A program made the translations under genes and the position numbers. A stretch of 63,177 nt of DNA, counting the filler, from Choristocarpus tenellus KU-1152 (lineage: Eukaryota; Protista; Phaeophyceae): assembly GCA_964200185.2 (NCBI GenBank). It is 11 parts of 11 records of this genome, joined end to end, with 100 filler letters (N's around TTAATTAATTAA, not from the genome) between each part and the next. Parts side by side here need not be neighbours in the genome. Positions count along the whole stretch, not along the records: positions 1 to 4,395 come from CAXNAD020014752.1; positions 4,496 to 7,066 come from CAXNAD020026671.1; positions 7,167 to 17,795 come from CAXNAD020002816.1; 8 more parts are not named here. One strand, 5' to 3'. Positions 1 through 10,300 of this stretch are shown here, piece after piece. Each line of letters begins with the position of its first letter. The first letter of the stretch is position 1. Under the pieces are notes generated by a model. It had not been told where the DNA came from. It made no database searches and saw only the letters and a list, made by a program, of their open reading frames with translations.

Positions 1-180
1 GGGTGGGGGGGGGGGGGGGGGGGGGGGTCTACACTAGGGTGTCCATTTGGGCCAAAATAAGGAAAAGTGCATTTACATTATCCATCCAACGTATGAAACC
101 AAATCACCTAAAAATCGCGACATGAAAAAATCGACCCTAAATGGACAGCCGCCACCCCTCTCCCCCAGATACTTTGAGCC
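1..180 (+). mobile_element. MITE subfamily A, cut by the window start
   Basis: Near-identical to 487-665; ends AGATACTTTGAGCC. Confidence 0.8.
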
Positions 181-486
181 GCTTGGACAATAAGAGCATG
201 AGGTGTACTTAACAGGTTTCGTTGAAAAACATTCAAGGTGTTTGAAAAGAGAACAAGAGATTAGCTTCTATGCTGTGCAAAGAAAATGCGCCAGATTCTC
301 ACAGAGGTGATTGAGTAAAGGGATAAATATTGGAGTTCTCGATCAGTAGGTATTAATTTGTCGTCCTGAAAAGGTAATGTGTAGATGACCACAGTGTAAG
401 GATATAGAACATTCCATTACACCTCACTCCTATCTCTCTCTACAGCAGGGGTGCAAGATAAGATACACATCTAAACAGAATGAATT

Positions 487-665
487 GACCCAAAGTATCT
501 GGGTGGGTGGGGGGGCTCTACACCAGGGTGTCCATTCGGACCGAAATCGAGAAAGTGCATTTACATTATCCATCCGACATATGCAACCAAATCACCCAAA
601 AGTCGTGATATGAACAAATTGCCCCCAAATGGACAGCCGCCACCCCCTCTCAGATACTTTGAGCC
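487..665 (+). mobile_element. MITE subfamily A, full length, ATT target-site duplication
   Basis: Ends are GACCCAAAGTATCT and AGATACTTTGAGCC. ATT flanks both sides (484-486, 666-668). Confidence 0.85.
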
Positions 666-802
666 ATTGAGAACAAGTCAACAAGGTTTGGGGCACATCT
701 TGAACATAAATCACAGACTGAGTGACCTGAAGGAACATCAACATGCAAACAACTGAATCACATGGATAGTATCTTCGATATCTATGGGGGGAGTTGCTCC
801 AC

Positions 803-2782
803 CTCAGGAGGGGTGTACTCCAGAGTACCACATATAGTTGTTAGGAGTGTTTCCCTGCGCCCACTCCAAGAAGGATCAAAGTGGGCCGCACACCCAAAAT
901 TGCAGATCCTGACCACACCATTTTTGTCGACAAGAATATTCTCCAGCTGTATGCCAAGGAGTGATACAGAGGGAGTGAAAGGAGGGAAGCAAGGTATCAA
1001 AGCAATAACTTCGATGTATTGATCTTCTTGAAAGAACTCATAACAATCATCATGGAAAATAACCTTTTGGTTTAACACCATTCCAAATCAAGGTCAAATA
1101 CATACACCTCCCAAGATTCAGGACATAAATAGGAGAGTAAATGTTTTTCCCTTTGTATCATGTTGTACATTAGACCACGAGCATCCCATGTCAAGCGAGT
1201 TGTACAGTTTTTAAAATATCTATTACTGAGAGGTAAGGTGATACATCCCTTTTATACCAATCTTGCCTCATAGAAAAGAGGAAGGTGTAGTATTTGGTCC
1301 TATCCCAAATAATAGCGGAAATTGGGGATGTAGTAGGCATAGTCGGACTTTCAGTTTAGGCTACATGTTCGAAATGATGATGATGTCAACACACAGACTA
1401 GGGGCTCTCAGATGATCAGGGCATGAGATCATACACGCACGTATAGGAGTACGTTCCGCATGTTGCCTTTGGTCAGCCCTGTCCACTACTCACGTTGAGG
1501 TCACGGTGACAGACTCCTCTGGTGTGGCAATGTTCAACACCATCCACCAGCTGTCTCACGAATCCCCTTGCAAGGCTTTCGTCGAGCCTGGACAAGGTCA
1601 TCATTGTATTGAGAATTTTATAATAGGGAAGAAGAAACTGAACTATTGATCATAACACCACCCACACTCCAACTACACTGCCCCCAGGGAACCCCTGCAT
1701 AGGATAGAGTACCTCGATCCGCAATTCCTATGATATGGGGAATCAATCAGCATCTCCAACCCCACAGACAGATAGATTCAATTTCGTCCCTGGGACAAAT
1801 CCAACACTGACGATATCATCCCCATCATAACCCACTACCCCAAAAAACAACCCACCTCCAGGACCCAAAATACTACACTATTGCTTATCCATGTCAATCC
1901 AAGTGTAGGGATAGATGGATAAACTGTTTTTTTTTCGTCTTCTAGAATGTCACAGATCTGATCCCAACAACACAGTGTTAGGCAGGTGGACACTACTCAC
2001 TCAGATACTAAGTAGGTGAACTATTATACAACGTCGATGACTCTCTACTCTGATACATGATAACAAAAAAGAACTGGATCTGATTTACCAGAACTCCGAC
2101 ACTAGTTCCCTATGACTGTCTCACTAATATTATCTTTCGTAGTTGTTTCTCAAAGTGGGGACAGTGGTAGGTGAAGACTTCATGTTTTTGGTGTTGCGCA
2201 GATAGGAAAATATGAAGTAGAGCTACGGTTGAATCCCGTTCTTTCTTTTTCGTCTCCCATCTCAAAGGAGGAACTTGACGTTCTCTGGTGCTTGTAAGCA
2301 GGGGTAGAACATGCATCATCATCAAAGAGACTACCCCATGACCAGTCCGATTACTCATCCGACACGCACACATGTACAATCGGCGTATTTTTACGTGGGG
2401 GGGAGCACCGGGAGCTTCCAGCCCATCAATGATCAAGGGGAAACTCGCCTGCCTGTTGCCTTGATGACACTGAATAGATCACCTCCAATAGCATCAAGCA
2501 CGACGATTATTTTTTCCCTCGAGGTAAAGATATCAAGTATGCCAACCAAGTTCGGGTGTCTCCCTGTTCGCATCATGGTCGCCATCTCGAATTTCAGCGC
2601 ACCGGACACACCACTTTCTTCGTTTATGGCCTCAGAGTTCAACATCTTCAGAGTCACGTTCGCCTTGTTTTGTCCCCTTGTTCTTCCCCGCAATGTAGTA
2701 ATCCCGAATTTTTCTGAACACATGTGTTCCGTCTCCACATTGTATTTCCCTAGTTTTCGCGTTCGAGGCAAGTTTGAGTACA
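803..2782 (-). CDS. CAMK/SNF1-CIPK-like Ser/Thr kinase domain, probable pseudokinase or pseudogene; 3' part not found (exons ~2782-2449, 1587-1494, 946-803)
   Basis: The spliced translation reads VTLK...E...HPNLVGILDIF...GGDLF...GR|LDESLARGFVRQLVDGVEHCHTRGVCHRDLN|LENILVDKNGVVRICNFG...TICGTLEYTPPE. Introns are GC-AG (2448-1588) and GT-AG (1493-947), and phases match. The start codon and the last donor are uncertain. Confidence 0.8.
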
Positions 2783-3182
2783 TCCTGCCAGGAAGCGACT
2801 TGTTGTCTGTCGTCAGGATCTTGGCAGTGATGAGAAACAATGAGCGTGTGCGTGTGTTCTTGTTCCTTTTTATACCCTGTTCATGTTTGACTTGCAAACT
2901 CCCTGGCTTACCCTCCTGCTGGAATTTGAAAAAACAATGCAGCGTGTTCAGAGATAGAAAAAGGAAGGACTCCAGGTAGAAAAATACAAGGTGGTCCACA
3001 AACAGTAGTAATTCGACACGTGGTGCTTGAAGAGTACCACGTACTCGAAAGGGCATGCACCCCGTAGAAAAATCATTCCCTTCACCTTCGTGATTCTTGA
3101 CGTAAAAATTACGAAGTGGTAAATTGTGTTGATGGTTACAGATGCAGTGTATGATTAGTTAGTTGATACACGTATGTGTATA

Positions 3183-3869
3183 GTTTTCATTGGTTTTCCC
3201 CTGACACATCTGCAAAATGTCAGAGGGCATAATAATATAAATATATTAGTTAGTAATATAAGCTAGTATGTATGATACTTTTTCGACCACAGATCTGTCG
3301 TCATTGTAAACTTGAGACAAAACAACCAGTTTACAACAACCAAGGTTCAACATCAAAATGTTCAATATCAAAACGACATGATGATGGATATATTAGATGT
3401 TTTCATTGGTTTCCCCCCTGACACATCTGCAAAATGTCAGAGGACATAATAATAAAATATATTTGATTGAAGAACTTTGGACGAGATGATGCTCTTTATT
3501 CCCTGAAACATCAAGGATAGTCAGTACTGACAACTTGAGTTTTGCTGGACAGTCAGTACTGACTCGTGGTTGCTTCAAACTCCTCATCAACCCTCCCTCT
3601 ATACACAGACATTAACAGCCGATTTCAAAAATTGAGGTTGGAGCTTTTCATTGAGGTTGGGGTTGACCCAAAATTGACTGGGATAAAGTGTCGATATATA
3701 TTTTATTATTATGCCCTCTGACATTTTGCAGATGTGTCGATATATATTTTATATTATTATGCCCTCTGACATTTTGCAGATGTGTCAGGGGAAAACCAAT
3801 GAAAACATATATATAGTCCCCCCTGACACATCTGCAAAATGTCAGAGGGCATAATAATAATATATATAT
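3183..3869. repeat. Cluster of five 45-70 bp copies of a hairpin plus (ATA)n-tailed repeat, in both orientations
   Basis: Core CTGACACATCTGCAAAATGTCAGAGGGCATAATAAT at ~3183-3246(+), 3399-3462(+), 3694-3738(-), 3740-3808(-), 3818-3869(+). A diverged copy lies at ~48964-49030. Confidence 0.85.
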
Positions 3870-4395
3870 CTTTATTGTTCAGGGAATAACTAGTGTTATA
3901 CTACATCGTGTGTGTTGATAAAAGCATATAACATAGTTTCATGTACGTTTATCTTTAATTTGATACAAAGTAGTAACGTTCATAGGGCTATGATGAGCCA
4001 GCTTTTATCCATACGTCGGTGATAATAAATGGCTAAGACAAACACCAGCGGGTTAATAGTAAGCAGTGTATGTTTACCGTGTAACCCACCAGCAGTTTCA
4101 GGCGACGAGTCTTTCCTGCGCGAAGCCATTCGACATCGTGATGCCATGGTACATGGTATAGACAGAGATACCCTACCATGTATACTGTAGTGGAGTAGTT
4201 AGTCTGGGCATGGGTGGTTTATGTTGATAAGGATATATAAAAGTTGAAGAGGAGGAGGATAGACAAACATATATACACACAGAAGAGGTGCGTTTCAAGG
4301 ACTAGTGAGAATATTCGCGTTTGAACTTTCAAATAGCTTGAACCTACCTTGTCAGATACAGGATGTGTGTGTGAGGGGGGGGGGGGCTAGGTGCG

Positions 4396-4495
4396 NNNNN
4401 NNNNNNNNNNNNNNNNNNNNNNNNNNNNNNNNNNNNNNNTTAATTAATTAANNNNNNNNNNNNNNNNNNNNNNNNNNNNNNNNNNNNNNNNNNNN
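4396..4495. other. Artificial contig linker N44-TTAATTAATTAA-N44 (also 7067-7166, 17796-17895, 25205-25304, 29169-29268, 42183-42282, 50293-50392, 53208-53307, 56384-56483, 60564-60663)
   Basis: Ten identical 100-bp spacers, each with a central palindrome that gives stops in all six frames. Confidence 0.98.
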
Positions 4496-4596
4496 GACGA
4501 AGACCCACCACTAATCCTAGATGCATCAACTACCTGTTGTTGTACAAGCCAGCACAAATGTAATTACGAACACAGGGGGCACACTCACGGCTCTGA

Positions 4597-5118
4597 CCCG
4601 TTGCAGAGGTTTCATTCCGACTACCATCAAGATGTTTGCCCTCAGCTGCCGGACGGGCCCCGCTTGTTGGTCGCCAGATGAAACCTTCTGCAGAAGTTGG
4701 GCCACCTCCTTCTTCCTCTCCTCGTGGTGGGGCTTGACCCAGACCTTGTGCATATTGCACTTATTTAATGCGAGCCTGTACATTTCCCTGGCAGCCCGTG
4801 CATCATTCACGTAACGTCCGAAGTGCAGAGCAGTTTTGCAACAATCAATCAGTGCGGTGCCGAACAAGACGCTGACAGCATATTTTACAATTGAGGGGCG
4901 CATGGCGACGTATGGGTGCGCAGGATACACGGAAAAGGCAAAAAAAAAAGAGAACCGCTGCAACTGTAGCATTTACCAACCTTTGGAGCTCCGGTGTCCA
5001 CTTCTCCTTGGGTAAAATCTGCCTGGTGCGCGAGATAAGCATCTCAGATATGTGCGCGTTCGATTCGATCTCCTTGTAGTCCCTCGCCGTAGGAGTCTTC
5101 CCGTTGAACGACTTGTAC
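4597..5118 (-). CDS. Two putative internal exons of an uncharacterised protein (5118-4981, 4787-~4597)
   Basis: A polypyrimidine-CAG acceptor precedes 5118. The phase-compatible join gives YKSFNGKTPTARDYKEIESNAHISEMLISRTRQILPKEKWTPELQR|EMYRLALNKCNMHKVWVKPHHEERKKEVAQLLQK. No family recognised. Confidence 0.4.
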
Positions 5119-5949
5119 CTGCAAAAAGAGAATGACAATGAAGGGCGTCAACGAGAACGATGCGCAGGTAATGATGAGTAAAGGGTCGCCACTGCAGAAA
5201 GTATTATATGGAACGTCGTAGTTCAGAAAAGACAAGAGCACACATACACAGGAAACACACACTGCAGTTAGTATTTCCACAGTATTACGAACGGTTCGTC
5301 GTTCGATATAACAATGCCCGACTACGATCATCATCGTAGGAGACACTTATTGAACGTTCCTGTACAAGGTGCTGCGACCGGCACACATGTCACTTACTGC
5401 TGTCTACACGATAAACTACAGTGGCGGTTTGACTTGCCTCGCAAGCAGACGGATGCATAGCCCCTACTTGAGAGAATATTTGTACAATTTGAAACACAAA
5501 CGTCGTACAATATTAGATTTTGTACTTGAAACAATTAGAGGATGTCAGTTTTTGTTTACCTTTTGGTTTCGGAAAATTGGAAACGTACAAAATCAATTAA
5601 GTATGTGCTTTGTATTTTTAAAAATTGAAATTACGAATATAATAGAATGTTTAATTTCTAAAAACAATAATGCACGTATTTTCCGGATCATGGATCTCAG
5701 GGTGGTCCGACGGATCGTCCGAAGCTCAAACATCGTTCATACGCCTGACTTCGAATTCAATTCTATCGTGCCCAAGACCGACTGTTGCCTGAGACCAGAT
5801 TGGAATCTAGTTTTCATTTCATCACAGCGAGAATAAATGCATTTTCCAGAACACGGATTTTATTTTGGTCCGACTGGTCTGTTCAAACTCAAACATTGTA
5901 TGCTAAGCTTCGAACTCAATTCACTCCTGGACCTTCTCACTGCCGAAGA

Positions 5950-6461
5950 CCGCCTGTTGCCCGAAAACACCATGACAGTTGCTTCCACAGCAAGGGGGTG
6001 GCTTTTGTCACCTACGCCGCCCCCTGTGTTACCCCCTCATCAGCCCGCCAGCAATGATGCGCTGGAGCTTTCTACCAATGACACTTCAGCGACCGGCGCC
6101 AAGCTTCGCCGAGAATGGGCTCAACCCATCCCGGTCAACGAACAGGGCGACTGCTGCAAGCACTTAGCCTGTGTGAAGAAGTTCGCGGCAGATAGCGAGT
6201 CCTTCCTTGCCCGCACGTTGGACAAAGAGTAGGGCATCATCCGGGCGTGTGAGAACTGCCGTGATCGCAAGCACTTCGTTGGTGACCGTGTACCTGTCAT
6301 TAAGTTGGTTGGGGCCTGGAGGCGGATCTATGCTCGCGACCAGCATTCCCGTTTGTACGCAGTTTTTCAAGGCATCGTTTGGAATATCCAATCATGTCAT
6401 TGGCGCTTGCAAAGGTACACCTAATGCAAGAGCATCCTCCGGCGTGGAGAGATGGGTTTGA
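5950..6461 (+). pseudogene. Decayed Cys-rich N-terminal region of a DNA-transposon protein (possibly Sola-like)
   Basis: CCKHLACVKKF is followed, after a stop and a frameshift, by VCTQFFKASFGISNHVI. This resembles the VCxxFFxxTLGIS motif I associate with Sola-type transposases. Confidence 0.35.
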
Positions 6462-6850
6462 TGTATGTACACAGTGTTATTTGTACCCGGTATATATCAA
6501 CGCCTGATTGATGATTGAACAGTAGTCCTATCTCAGAACAATGTAATCCGACTGTACTCGCCACATTCAGTGTGCAGTTACCACGCCTAGATGTCCGATG
6601 TACAAAGTTAGAGAACCCTCTAGCGATCCCTCCAGCGTGGAGTTATGTGTTACATATATGTGTATGTACATGTGTGGTATGTTTATTTATGCTTCAACAA
6701 TATCATCTCATCCGGCCGTCCTTGCGCTCCTGCTGCAGTTACCACGCGTAAATACCTACAGAGTATATGATCCGCTGTTGGCATACGATACCTCTATGAT
6801 TCCATCCCCCGTCCCTTATATCCACCTCCAACACAACTCCCATCCATATG

Positions 6851-7066
6851 TAGCCAAAGGTATCTTAGAGGGTACAGCCGCGTCCATTTGGGGGCCAAAA
6901 TCCAATGTTGCAATTTTGATGTAATTTTGACTGCCATGTTTGTTAGGAGATGTCAATATCCTTGTCTGGACACTCCTTTTCATAATGTATACATTTTACC
7001 TACTCCGAAACATTTTGGAGTAGGTAAAATGTCAATAAAAAACCATGGGAAGCCAATCCCCACATG
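6851..7066 (+). mobile_element. MITE subfamily B, truncated by contig end
   Basis: Matches 27247-27506; internal hairpin ACATTTTACCTACTCC...GGAGTAGGTAAAATGT. Confidence 0.8.
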
Positions 7067-7166
7067 NNNNNNNNNNNNNNNNNNNNNNNNNNNNNNNNNN
7101 NNNNNNNNNNTTAATTAATTAANNNNNNNNNNNNNNNNNNNNNNNNNNNNNNNNNNNNNNNNNNNN

Positions 7167-7393
7167 CTATCGGATGGGGGGGGTGACGAGGAATCAGTGG
7201 CAAAAGGGGTTCGCTCAGGTGGTCATCGGATGGAAGGGGTGACTGGAAATCAGTGGCAAAAGGGGTTTGCCCTGGTTGGTCATCAGAGTTGGGGTGGCTG
7301 GAAATCAGTGGCAAAAGGGGTTTGCCCTGGTTGGTCATCAGAGTTGGGGTGGCTGGAAATCAGTGGCAAAGGGGTTTCGCCCTGGTTGGTCAC
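7167..7393. repeat. Minisatellite, ~55-bp unit, about 4 copies
   Basis: Repeated GGAAATCAGTGGCAAAAGGGGTTTGCCCTGGTTGGTCATCAGAGTTGGGGTGGCT at the contig start. Confidence 0.9.
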
Positions 7394-7679
7394 AAGGAGG
7401 GTTAGAATAGGGAGAGGAGAGGATTAGGGAGGAATGCAAAAATAGAAAATAAAAGAATAATAATAATCCAGAATTCGTGAGCAAAACAAAATCTAATTTG
7501 AAGGGTCCTGATCATATTCTTCTATAAATAATAGAGGTGAAGTCTAGATTGTATATACTATTTATGGTGGAAAGGTTCGTTTCAAAGTGTGGTAACCAGA
7601 ATGTGGATTTATCACTTGGTGAAGGTTAAATCACAGGATATTTCGTAACAAGAGATACACGTTTGTGTCCGACTTTCAC

Positions 7680-8330
7680 GATGGCCAAGGGTAATAAGGC
7701 AAACGACAAGTTAATGAGTCGAGTGATCCAGGCAAAGCGTGAAGGAGTTCAGTGCAAAGTCCAAGAAAAAGGATTTGTTAAAAGCCTAGTGACCTTAGAG
7801 CGGTCTTGTCTGCCCGATAATACAGTAGGAGCAAAAGCGTAATGAAGTTTCCGAAGTTACAGAAGATAAAATCCACAACCCGATACCCATATGGGGAAGT
7901 AAAAAGCTTCAAGGGGGATCAATCGCAGGGCAATGCCCCCCTTCAGTCTAGGGGGTGCATGAGAGGGAGCTGGTCGCCTACAATAATCTTCAGGGCCTAG
8001 CAGAGTGGAGGGAGATCAATGCGTTGTTGAAAGAGGTTTTTAATTGCAACGGCTCGCTTGTTGCTTCGGTTGACAAATCGGTATCAGTGGAAATCACATC
8101 TATCTCAAGGAGCACAATCTTCAAGAGGAAAGGTTGGTTCAGGATGCTGTGACGCAGATTCTGAAGCAGGATTACTCTAAAGGTAGAGTCACTTACTCGG
8201 TGAAGAGGGTCAAGAAGGTGACAACAGCGTGATACGGCGTTGAAGTGGGCCAAACATGAGGAGTCTATAACATTCTTTGATAACATATTCGATAATCTCG
8301 GGAGTAGAAAATGTTTTCATTGTGGATTCT
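7680..8330 (+). pseudogene. Possible pogo/Fot1-like transposase relic (CENP-B-type HTH region)
   Basis: Stop-interrupted frame ERELVAY...KGWFRML*RRF...RDTALKWAKHEESITFFDNI. Confidence 0.35.
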
Positions 8331-9482
8331 GATATTAGAAGTAGCAGCGAGCACACGTTTATGTTTATGTCCTATTCCAGGCACGGATATGTGGTTTCCA
8401 CCACATTTTTGTTGACTTTAAGACCATACACCACTAACTGCACTCGTCCTTGCACGCTTCCTTCTCTTGTTTCAATTCCTCCTGATATGTCGCAAAAAGC
8501 TGACCTTGGTGTTTCCCTTAACACGACAAGTCACCATACACTCAAGAGATGCCACCATCTATCACTTGATGGGAGTGAACAGAGAGCTGAGGCTGAAGAT
8601 CAGTTCCGATGCTGTGCTGACACCTTCGAACCTTCAGGAAGCTGGACAAGTACTTTCGGTAAATCGGTAGCTGAAGGTATTTCAAATCATGGAGGGTTAT
8701 GAAATGTGCGATCGCTTGTACTTATGTTTGTATTTGTTTGAGTCCGTGTGCATGGGTGCTCTGAGTTGTTCGTTCTACAGAATTGTTGAGCTGTGTACTA
8801 CATCCCAAAGAGTGCAGAATTATCCCATTGTCCACACGAATAACCACATAAATGATACATATGTCCTGTTGCATTATTCCTGTATAACAGAAGTGGAGTA
8901 AGCAGTGAACACACTTGTATTCCAGCATGACCGTGACTACTACAAAGCTCTATACGTAGTAGCATGCCTGTCTTATTCTTGTTCCTGCATGACGAATCAT
9001 TCAAACACTCCCACTGCTACATACTTTATCCATCTACTTCCGCTTGCCATTAATTTTTCATAAAAGCCAGGAAGGTAACTAGAGGAGGCAGTTGGTCAAT
9101 TGCGAAGACCATCACCACTGCTGCCTACCCCTCCCAGACTGTACCCTCTATCCCCAGTGAACCCCTCAGATGGATTGAAAATGAAGGAATGAAACAAGGG
9201 AGAGCACAACGGAACTACTGTAATACTCTCCTGTGCATAGAAAGTACAGAACCGGTTCTAGCTAAGAATACCCGTACTAATAGTGCATGGGCTTGCCTGT
9301 GTCCCCTCAACCTTGTCTTCTGTTGCCTCAATAAAGCATATTGATGAAATACTCCCAAGACAAAAAAATTCTGACCCAACAATTTTTTTCGTATGCATAG
9401 GAGAGTTCAACGCTTCGTACTACTGACGATGTTTTGGTCATACCTCATGATATTCCTTCGTAGGTGATGCCTACATGCAGGT

Positions 9483-10300
9483 GTGACGCTGCTCGTCTTG
9501 CTGACATTGTGGCTTGAGGGGACAGGAAGACTACAGAGAAGTTTCACAAAATTATATGCTCTCTACCATACGGGACAAAATGACCTGCACTTGTCTTACT
9601 ACTTCGAATATGGGAACAACAAGGAGGGCTTCTGGAAAGTGGATAAGGTGCTTGGACTCATGTCTGGTGTGATGGATATGGTGGCTGTAGTGCATCCCAC
9701 CTCTCTGGTGGTGTGCTTCTATGACAGGTAATCATGCCGTGATTGCTTGGAGCCAGTCGCACCTACTATATCTAAGATTATCAACATGAATGGTGGGTAG
9801 AAGAAAGGTAAAACACTTCACTGCTACCATTGATTACACCATCCTCATGGTAAACACTTGAACCACAAATAATGGTGAAAGGCAACAGCCAAAGACCATA
9901 GTAGGACATGAGACACCCTTTTTAGTACCAAACTTCAAGTCATTGGAATATGTGGGGAAGCCCACTTGCTTGAGACAATGCCTGTGTAAGATGGGACCTC
10001 CTTGTCCTCAGTATGGCCAAGGGTGGAAAATGTAAGGATCCAACATTGAGCATGGTTGTAATGCTTGGGGACCAGCCTGACTTTAAGGCTGAAAAGCCTA
10101 CACTTGTTGTCTTTGTGGGGGCACGAGGCAGGGAGTCCTTCAAGCTTCCCAAGGACCAATACAAGCTTAGTTTCATTGGATTGGTGTCTGGGTGCTCCAA
10201 GCAGAAGACGACACAGCTATGTAACTACATACTGCCAACTATGAAATGTAGTATCCCTGACCTCACCATTTGTGGTAGGATGGACATGATGACACTGACT
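9483..10300 (+). pseudogene. Decayed IS630/Tc1-superfamily DDE transposase
   Basis: YFEYGNNKEGFW...VVCFYDR*, then LGDQPDFKAEKPTL...FKLPKDQYKLSFIG...K...CNY. These are degenerate forms of YGKNxEGYW / VFxFDNS / QPDF / FLPKFHCELNFIE. Many stops and frameshifts. Confidence 0.65.

Noticed and set aside
2311-2979. 222-aa plus-strand ORF
   Set aside because: Antisense shadow of the kinase exon.
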